Of a stretch of 14,406 bases of DNA, positions 1-6,577 are shown one piece after another; positions within the stretch are counted from its first letter, which is position 1; each line of letters opens with the position of its first letter. The position numbers and the translations under genes are program-made. Source of the stretch: Gemmatimonadota bacterium (GTDB lineage Bacteria > Gemmatimonadota > Gemmatimonadetes > Gemmatimonadales > GWC2-71-9); NCBI GenBank assembly GCA_036679645.1, contig JAZDCY010000096.1, positions 1 to 14,406 of the forward strand, in the 5' to 3' direction. A model generated the notes under the pieces. That model saw only the letters and a list, made by a program, of their open reading frames with translations, ran no database searches and was not told the origin of the DNA.

Positions 1-214
1 TCGTGAGGGTGTCTGCATTGGCGACGCACGCACGGGGCATCCCTTCCTCACGGCCAAGCGGGACCTCCACAGGAATGCGGCGCCTCCGTGAGGTGATAGG
101 TACGACCGTGACCAACTCGCGCACGGAATAGGCTTCGTCGCGCGAGACGAGCACCACCGGGCGGCGCCCCGCAGGTGATGGCAGATCGGCCCACCACACC
201 TCACCACGTCTCAT
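1..214 (-). CDS. mazF: PemK/MazF family endoribonuclease toxin (3' end truncated by window edge)
   Basis: Not in the ORF track. Manual translation from ATG at 214 gives MRRGEVWWADLPSPAGRRPVVLVSRDEAYSVRELVTVVPITSRRRRIPVEVPLGREEGMPRACVANADTLT, with the typical RGEVWW...RPVVLVS...VVPITS MazF signature. It overlaps the antitoxin stop by 14 nt. Confidence 0.92.
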   Translation of the reverse strand, partial: MRRGEVWWADLPSPAGRRPVVLVSRDEAYSVRELVTVVPITSRRRRIPVEVPLGREEGMPRACVANADTLT

Positions 215-467
215 TGGAAATGCTCGCAGTGAGTCCCGCCATGGCGGTTACGAGTGCGGCTCGCACCTCAGCACGCGTCTCCGGGACCCGCCGATACCCC
301 GCGACGTATTGGCGGCTCGCCTCCACATGGCGCTCGGCGGCCAGATAGGCCTCAAGCGCCCGCTCGAACACGGCGCTCCGGGTTTCTCCGGTCTGCTCCC
401 GCTGGCGCTCGACCTCGTCGAGCAGGACCGCCGGAACACTAATGGCCACCTTGCGACGCTTGGACAT
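201..467 (-). CDS. Ribbon-helix-helix (CopG/MazE-like) antitoxin
   Basis: 88 aa. N-terminal KVAISVPAVLLDEVE...TRSAVFERALEAYL fits RHH. RBS AGAGGT upstream; lies directly upstream of and overlaps mazF. Confidence 0.88.
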   Translation of the reverse strand: MSKRRKVAISVPAVLLDEVERQREQTGETRSAVFERALEAYLAAERHVEASRQYVAGYRRVPETRAEVRAALVTAMAGLTASISNETW

Positions 468-477
468 GGAATACCTC

Positions 478-515
478 TGTCATACCAAAGTATGACACCG
501 GACCGCGAACGTCAA
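478..515 (-). promoter_or_regulatory. Sigma70-type promoter of the TA operon with an overlapping palindromic operator
   Basis: Minus strand TTGACG (515-510), 17 nt spacer, TACTTT (492-487). Perfect inverted repeat TGTCATAC-caaa-GTATGACA (478-497) covers the -10. Confidence 0.75.
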
Positions 516-585
516 CGCGCTACGCGTCACCTTGCCGTGTGGCCGTGCGGATGTCGCGTGATTCTCGATGCCCAGGCGGCCGTTG

Positions 586-2670
586 CTATTGCACCTGGAT
601 GACGCGAGAAGTGCTGTAGCTCATATTCGAGACGCGGTCGTGAATCCGTACCTGCAGCCGATACCGGCCTTCCGACCATTCCCCGGAGAGTGTGAGCCAC
701 TCAAGTGCGATTCCGCCGCGAGCCAGCCCACTCTTGGAATAAACGAGCCGCGTGGTTGGGCGCTCGGAGCGGAAACCGCGGCCCACGGCGCGGAGAATCC
801 GTCCGAGGAATGGTCGGTCCTGGGCATTCCACAACTCCACCTCGACATCGTAGCCAACCTGGCCATTGGTGTCGGCAGCTAGGCCATACACCTCCCAGTA
901 CAATGCAACGGGCTCCCCCGGCTCAATCGCCAATCCGTACACATAGTCGAACCGCAGGTCTCGCCGGCGATTGGCATTGTCGGGGCCCTCGACCGCGCGG
1001 GCGATCAAGAGGTCGCTCATGGTCAGAGAGTCCGCCGATACCACCGTCAAAGTGTCCCGGGACCGGGCCAGCACGCGGTCGGACCGGCTAAAGGCCTCCA
1101 CCGCCAGGTAGTGGATACCCGGTCGCAAGCCGCGAAGCGTGACGCTCATACCCGGAAGATCACGATCGGCGGGCCCTTTCCATTGAGCTACCGTTGCAAA
1201 GCCATCGTTCAACGCCGTGACGCCCGTCTCGAGCGCGGCGCGAGGAACGTCCGGATACCGGGCGAGCACCAGAAGCTCGCCGCGGCCATTGGTACCCCGA
1301 AATCGCACGATCTGGCGCTGCAAGTCGATCACGGAATCTGTGAAGACAGGTTGGTAACGTGTTGGCTCCTCTTGCAGCTGTCTGTGCGCCCAATGGAGAG
1401 CTTCCCCATGGGTGTGGAGCGGGGCGTAGGTGAGAAAGTGGACGAAGACAAAATCAGGATCGGGCCCGTAGCTCCAGAAGCTCCCCCGGCCATTCGTTAC
1501 AGCCAGCGCTCGCATTTTCAGGGGTCGACCGTACCGAATCCAGACGTCTCCGGCATCTGTGTCCCAGCCGAGGGTTCCCGTTTCGGGCTCTCGAAACAGC
1601 AGCCCGGCTGCGGTGACTCGGGACCAGTGCTCGAGGCGCCGTTCGTGCTCGTCGGTCAGGAAGAGGGCCTCTCGGGAACGCCAATATGCCTCCTGCAGCC
1701 GTTCTCGAACCGCCATAGGCTGTTGGGCAAACGCGCGCTGCTCTGGGATGGTGAGGAGCCGATCGAGGTCCTCGTAGACCACGAGAATCTCGAGGCTCAT
1801 TCTCGCGCGAGCGCTATCGAACGGAGCGACGGCCTGCGAATCAACACCCCGCTCGTGCGCGATAAGACCGAGGTATGCCCACGGGCGCCAGTCAGTGGGA
1901 TCCCGGTCTCGAGCGCTTCGGGCGAGAGCTTCGAGATCTGTCCAGTTTCGCTCGTAGACGAACTCGGAGGCGAGAGCATCGATCGCTGGCCAGTAGAGTG
2001 GGTCCAAGTCCAGTGCGGTACGATAGTGTGCCTCCAGCGCCTCTCGGCTTTCACCCTTGAGGTCCGCGTTGCTGCGGAAGAATGTGTCCATCAACTCCTC
2101 AAAGAGTTCCGGACATGCGATGTTGAGACCTACGAGCGATCCAGGCGGTGGGTATTCCTTCGGCTCGCAGTTGAATTGTCCCTGGCTGGTTGGAAGCAGA
2201 TAACCGTAGTCCCGCCAATCACGCCACCAGTCCTGATGGATTCTTCCTTGCAGGTATTCCACAACGGCCCGCTCGTGCGCCGTCAGCGCCGGGTTGGCAC
2301 GTGGCGCTCGGTCCGCCGCCCGCTTCAGCAAACGCAGTGCGTCAACTCTGATCCCCTGCGCGTACTTGAGAGCTGCATAGGCGATGAACACTCGGGGGTT
2401 GTTGGGGTTGCGTCGGTACACGTGCTTGAGTTGGGTCTCGACTTCTACTCGCTGACGCCAGAGGTCCTCGCGTCGTCTAGCGATGAAGGCCAGGAGATAC
2501 GTGCCTACATCGCGTGCACAACTGGTGTTGCTACGGCGAAGTGAATCGGCCAACGCAACGGTGTCTGCAAGCGATAGTAGGCGGCGCTCGAGGATAATCG
2601 ACCACTCGCGATCGCACGGTCCCGATACTGCTGTGAGGAGAATGATAGCCGCACCAATCATTATACTCAC
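586..2670 (-). CDS. GWxTD domain-containing protein with N-terminal TPR-like repeats and a C-terminal beta-rich (Ig-like) domain; probably exported
   Basis: Motif EHWSRVTAA...F...LGWDTDAGDVWIRYGRP. TPR-like segments (YRTALDLDPLYWPAIDALA; DPTDWRPWAYLGLIAHERG). C-terminal LTMSDLLIA...LYWEVYGL...GRYRLQVRIHD. Hydrophobic N-terminus; exact start uncertain. Confidence 0.85.
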   Translation of the reverse strand: MSIMIGAAIILLTAVSGPCDREWSIILERRLLSLADTVALADSLRRSNTSCARDVGTYLLAFIARRREDLWRQRVEVETQLKHVYRRNPNNPRVFIAYAALKYAQGIRVDALRLLKRAADRAPRANPALTAHERAVVEYLQGRIHQDWWRDWRDYGYLLPTSQGQFNCEPKEYPPPGSLVGLNIACPELFEELMDTFFRSNADLKGESREALEAHYRTALDLDPLYWPAIDALASEFVYERNWTDLEALARSARDRDPTDWRPWAYLGLIAHERGVDSQAVAPFDSARARMSLEILVVYEDLDRLLTIPEQRAFAQQPMAVRERLQEAYWRSREALFLTDEHERRLEHWSRVTAAGLLFREPETGTLGWDTDAGDVWIRYGRPLKMRALAVTNGRGSFWSYGPDPDFVFVHFLTYAPLHTHGEALHWAHRQLQEEPTRYQPVFTDSVIDLQRQIVRFRGTNGRGELLVLARYPDVPRAALETGVTALNDGFATVAQWKGPADRDLPGMSVTLRGLRPGIHYLAVEAFSRSDRVLARSRDTLTVVSADSLTMSDLLIARAVEGPDNANRRRDLRFDYVYGLAIEPGEPVALYWEVYGLAADTNGQVGYDVEVELWNAQDRPFLGRILRAVGRGFRSERPTTRLVYSKSGLARGGIALEWLTLSGEWSEGRYRLQVRIHDRVSNMSYSTSRVIQVQ

Positions 2671-2744
2671 GTGCTCTGGGTCAGTCTCGATGAACGAATG
2701 TGCGTCGCATCGCCAGAGCGGTGCTTACGCTGGACGGGGTGGGG

Positions 2745-3815
2745 CTAGATTCGCGTACACACATCTTGATCCGTAACAACTCGGTAGACAACGACGTACT
2801 CGCCAGACACGTCTTGGAGCATCACGACCTGCCCTGATCCGGCACAGCCCAGCACGACTACTCTGTCCGGAACTGCTGAAGTACTCACGACGCCGTGATC
2901 GCGATCAATGAGCGCGATGCGGCTGCCGAGTTCATCTGCCACGGAAAGCGAGATCATGTACAAACGGGGGTTCAGTACTGCAAACCCTGTTATCGCGCTT
3001 GCCCGCCGGGCGCGGACGGACACGGTACCAGCCGGACCCGGAAACAGGACTGCCGAGTCTATCGGCGGGGCGAGTTCGGCCAGGTCTTGTTCGAAGAGAA
3101 CAATCCCTTCGATGGTTATACCTGTCAATCTACCAGGATTCGCGGCAGCAAAGAATATCGTACTGTCATGAGCTACTTGGAGGCGCGCGCCTCCGTAGTT
3201 CGGCAACATCGCGAGCGGCCGCCCTTCGGGCCAACGCAGAAGAGACTTCGTGCGAACCAGGCGTCGGGAAAGCAAGTGCAACCGTGTTGAATCACTGCGC
3301 GAAAAAGCACTCAACGCCACGCCTCCGTCAGGCAAGCCAGTCATCGACCAGGCGATTACGATATTTCTAGGCAGAGGTACACGTGTAAGCTCGCGCGATG
3401 ACACGTCAATCAGCGTAATCGAAAGAGATCCCGCGTCGAGCACACCAAGTGTGTCCTTTCCAATCCATGCAATCGATGTCGGTCTTCGAAAACGCCCCGG
3501 GGTTCGCCCCACTCCAAAACCGAGCGTCTGCACATATGACCCTCCTTGATCGAATACCTGTATCCGACCGTTTCCAGCATCCAGGACATACAGAAGCCCT
3601 TCGTCACCGAGTACAGCGTCAGTGACGCCAAAGAAGGCGTACGGATCTTCAACTGCCAAGGAGTCCGGGGATCCAACGCGCAGTACCTCTTCAAGCTCGA
3701 ATCCCTTCTGTTGCAGGAGCGTCGGTGCGGGAGGTGTAAGGAATCTCGCCTCGCCCACAGACGTTGCGAGCATCAGTGACGACAGAAGCCATACGGGTCG
3801 CAACGGGCTGTCCAT
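2745..3815 (-). CDS. 6-bladed beta-propeller (NHL-repeat/TolB-like) secreted protein
   Basis: Likely start is ATG 3815 (MDSPLRPVWLLSSLMLATSVGEA, signal peptide), 2 nt after the upstream stop. NHL-like motif LYVLDAGNGRIQVFDQGGSYVQTLG..G..PGRFRRPTSI. The longer ORF-track call (4058) overlaps the upstream gene. Confidence 0.8.
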   Translation of the reverse strand: MDSPLRPVWLLSSLMLATSVGEARFLTPPAPTLLQQKGFELEEVLRVGSPDSLAVEDPYAFFGVTDAVLGDEGLLYVLDAGNGRIQVFDQGGSYVQTLGFGVGRTPGRFRRPTSIAWIGKDTLGVLDAGSLSITLIDVSSRELTRVPLPRNIVIAWSMTGLPDGGVALSAFSRSDSTRLHLLSRRLVRTKSLLRWPEGRPLAMLPNYGGARLQVAHDSTIFFAAANPGRLTGITIEGIVLFEQDLAELAPPIDSAVLFPGPAGTVSVRARRASAITGFAVLNPRLYMISLSVADELGSRIALIDRDHGVVSTSAVPDRVVVLGCAGSGQVVMLQDVSGEYVVVYRVVTDQDVCTRI

Positions 3816-3817
3816 GA

Positions 3818-4237
3818 TTACGCCGAAGATGGATGTTGATCTCGCTGGAGATCTGTCAGGGAGATGGTTCGGTACTCTCTGACCCTCTCCGAGCGACCAG
3901 CCTCTGTGTAGACGCGTCGCACTGGATTGCCTCGGCAGTCCTCGACGACCCAACTCTTGATGACGATTGCGGGAACATCTAGCCGACTGAGCGGGACCAT
4001 GGCGACCTCGACCGACGCCACCCCTTCGAGATCCTCGCAGAACCCCACCGTCCAGCAATACCAGCCGTGCTGTGGACTGTAATCAACGAAGCAGGAGTCG
4101 CCTCCAGACTCACCTTGCTGGCAAGTAGGAGGGGTGTTGAACGTGCAGAACCAACAACTTGCCCCCTGGGCACTTAGGTCCCCGGGCGCGGTGCCTAGCA
4201 GCAACGCGATCACTAGGGGTGATATAGCCCATTTCAT
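3818..4237 (-). CDS. Small secreted cysteine-rich protein (139 aa, 7 Cys)
   Basis: Strong RBS GAGGAGG. Signal peptide MKWAISPLVIALLLGTAPGDLSA|Q. Cys at 28, 31, 39, 49, 61, 67 and 101. First gene of the propeller-GWxTD operon. Confidence 0.8.
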   Translation of the reverse strand: MKWAISPLVIALLLGTAPGDLSAQGASCWFCTFNTPPTCQQGESGGDSCFVDYSPQHGWYCWTVGFCEDLEGVASVEVAMVPLSRLDVPAIVIKSWVVEDCRGNPVRRVYTEAGRSERVREYRTISLTDLQRDQHPSSA

Positions 4238-4440
4238 CGTTCCTCCTCAGGTTGAGGCGTTCTTGCGGTGGCAGCCCGCTGCGACTTCGTTGGATCGTCT
4301 CTTTGCGGAGTTCTCGGATTACCCACATCACGGCCAAGTAGGGGACACGTGTCAGGGCTCTGTGCAACTCCAAGCTAGATGTCGGCTCGTTGGCTTGATC
4401 ACGCGCTCCGTTACCTCGCAAATGAAATACGCCTAGGCTC

Positions 4441-4496
4441 TGGAGAGAATGACTGAGGGCGATGACCTCTTGCGCGGGGGGGGGGGTCTACTTTGA
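4441..4496 (+). promoter_or_regulatory. Conserved leader element, copy 1: ATGAC-N8-ATGAC, G11 tract (4476-4486), candidate uORF 4449-4496 MTEGDDLLRGGGGLL
   Basis: TGGAgAgAATGACtgagGGCGATGACCTCTTGCGC(G)11 matches 11885-11931. Confidence 0.65.
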
Positions 4497-4528
4497 CCTC
4501 AGCAGAGCCGTCATAAGGACGTTTCAGG

Positions 4529-5008
4529 ATGTTCGTGCCGAAGCTCATGGTGGGGCTGCTTGGCCATGCAGCTGTCTCCGACCGCCGCGTGCAGCGTGTG
4601 GTTCACGCCCTCGCCGCCCGACGAGGGCTCCTACGGAATGCCGACGAGTTCGCTCGGGAACTGGGCTTCGGTTCGCGACACCAGCTCCACCATTTCCTCA
4701 AGCGTCACCGCCTCCCGCCAATTCGCCGGCTCGCCGCCTGGATACGGGTCCTGACGCTTGCAGTCGAGACCAACGAAAGTGGCATCACCGTGGAAGACAT
4801 CGCTTGGCACGATGGTATCGATCCGTCGGTGGAGCATCGTAGGGCTCACCGGATACTTGGGGTACCGTTGGGCACCGCATTGCAGGAAGGTATCAATGGC
4901 GTGATGGTCCGCATGTGGGACGACTGGGCGCGGCACCTGTCCCCGGATCGTGATCGTGTTGCCGCACAGAGAGCGATCTCGCGGGTCGTTCGGGATGCGA
5001 GCGCGTAA
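4529..5008 (+). CDS. Stand-alone AraC/XylS-type double-HTH transcriptional regulator, copy 1
   Basis: Two HTH-like units: ADEFARELGFGSRHQLHHFLKRHRLPP and TVEDIAWHDGIDPSVEHRRAHRILGVP. RBS AAGGA. Paralog at 11967-12449 shows synonymous differences, which supports coding status. Confidence 0.75.
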   Translation: MFVPKLMVGLLGHAAVSDRRVQRVVHALAARRGLLRNADEFARELGFGSRHQLHHFLKRHRLPPIRRLAAWIRVLTLAVETNESGITVEDIAWHDGIDPSVEHRRAHRILGVPLGTALQEGINGVMVRMWDDWARHLSPDRDRVAAQRAISRVVRDASA

Positions 5009-5052
5009 GGCGCCCTTCCCTTCCATCGAGCTGTCTTACAGCGAGATGCACA

Positions 5053-5084
5053 GACGCTCGGACGCTCAGGGGCTCAGGGGCTCA
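5053..5084 (+). repeat. Degenerate 8-bp tandem repeat, 4 units
   Basis: GACGCTCG GACGCTCA GGGGCTCA GGGGCTCA, between convergent genes. Confidence 0.6.
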
Positions 5085-5106
5085 GATCCGAACCTCTTGG
5101 TGTGGA

Positions 5107-6577
5107 TCACCAGCGGTCGAGCACCACCCGAAGATCGACGCTCCATCCCGTGTACGAGCCGCCTGGCGCAAACGCTAGGTTGGCTGGCGTTGTCCCGCGC
5201 GCGGCCAGCCGCTCCCCCACGACGTTGAGCGCTACGAGCGTGGCGGGCCCGGCTCGATAGCTCGCCCCGACCCATAGGGCCGCCGGTAGCGATGGCACGG
5301 CGTACAAGGAGTTCTCGGCAGCCACCAGCCGTCGATAGAGCGGGCCCAACGCGTTGGGATCCGGAATGGCAGCGCTCGTCGTGTAGCTGGCGATCGCGGC
5401 ACCCAACCCCGCGGTGAATGACCCGATCTCGCGCGCAACCTCGATCCGTCCTCCCGTCGTCCACGTGCGGATATCCGAGTGTACCTGCGCGATAAAATCG
5501 CGCCGGATGCGTTTCTCACGTCGCAGAGCGAACGCCGTCGTCCAACGCCACGAAGAGCGCTCGGGCTGATACCGCAGCTCGACCGATGCATCGACGACTT
5601 GCTCGTCCGCTCGGAAGAACACGCCCTCGAGCGCGGCCCGGCGTGCCTCGCCCGTGAGGCTGCGTGACAGAATGTCGGCGGTGAACAGAACGCGCTCACT
5701 GAACGTCCGGACCTGGAGCGCCCCACCAATTGCCCACCCTCTCGCTTTCCATCGATCGGTCGGTGGGGTTGCCTCCCGGACACTCACGTACTCATCCGTG
5801 CGCCACTCGCGGCGCGCGTGCACGACCCATCGGACACCCAGCACGCGACCCTCGAGTCCTCCCCCAGCAACTGTCGCACTCCGATACGCCCGCCGCTGTA
5901 CGGCGACCGGTGGGCTGACGGACCCCGGTACCGGATCGCTGTAGCCGTCCAGAAAGTACACCTCTCCGACACCCGGATGCGCCGCGAGGGTCACCGTCTC
6001 CGCCCCGCCGGTCCAGCCCGACGTCCAGCCGTCCGAACCGCCAGCCGAGGGCTCCCTCGAGCCGGACGGACAGCTGACGCATCGCCGGCAGTGAGCTGTC
6101 CGCCAGGACGAACGGGTCGCTGCTGTGTGGATTCAGGATAGCCGCATGACCCGCGGCCGTCGCGCGCTGCAGTGCGACAACGTGTCCTACGACCGCTCCA
6201 TGCCCTACCGGACGCCACGCCAAACCAGAAACCCGTGCACCACTGACGTCATCGACGTCGAGCGAGCGCCGGTACCCGCCGCCCGCGCCGAGCAGACCGA
6301 CTCGTAGCTCCGCCCGGGGCTGCACGACGTCGGCGCCGATACCCACCGGGACGCCCGCGGTCCAGAACAGTCCGATTCTCGGCGCGGGTGCGACGAGGAA
6401 GTCGGTGAACCGAGGCGCGGTGGGCGCCGTGCGCGTGAGATCGGCCACGCGCGCGAGCGGGCTCCACCCCACGATCCATTCTGGTCCTCTAAGGAAGGTC
6501 GTCCAATCACTGCTTTGGGCATGAACAGCCGTCGTGACCGCGAGCGAGATCACAACAACCAGCGACCGCACCGTCAC
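5107..6577 (-). pseudogene. Outer-membrane beta-barrel protein (DUF6850-like) split by a frameshift near 6011-6030
   Basis: 5' part (from 6577) has a signal peptide and reads sensibly to LEGALGWRFGRLDVGL, then becomes low-complexity. 3' part (to 5107, ending VDLRVVLDRW) has amphipathic beta-strands in another frame. Start overlaps the TBDR stop (GTGA). Family name inferred from gene context. Confidence 0.65.

Larger units (their letters stand above)
4441..5008 (+). repeat. Diverged direct repeat, copy 1 (leader plus regulator); copy 2 at about 11885-12449
   Basis: Collinear similarity; hand count gives 127/159 identical aa. Confidence 0.95.

Noticed and set aside
478..497. ATGAC in the TA operator matching the ATGAC repeats of the regulator leader
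   Set aside because: Only a 5-mer, with a different arrangement (inverted vs direct); probably coincidence.
1111..2544. 477-aa plus-strand ORF
   Set aside because: Antisense shadow of the GWxTD gene; no recognisable motifs; long antisense ORFs are common in GC-rich DNA.
3816..4058. N-terminal extension of the beta-propeller ORF
   Set aside because: Overlaps the Cys-rich protein gene in another frame; the signal peptide begins at ATG 3815.
4449..4496. LRGG resemblance of the micro-ORF to ubiquitin/Pup C-termini
   Set aside because: Too short, arises directly from the G-run, and no conjugation machinery is in the window.
4462..4842. 126-aa ORF starting MTSCAGGG through the G-tract
   Set aside because: Overlaps the regulator out of frame, and the equivalent frame in copy 2 stops after 13 codons (MTSCAGGGGFHFS). 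A short-leader role for this second ATG is not excluded.
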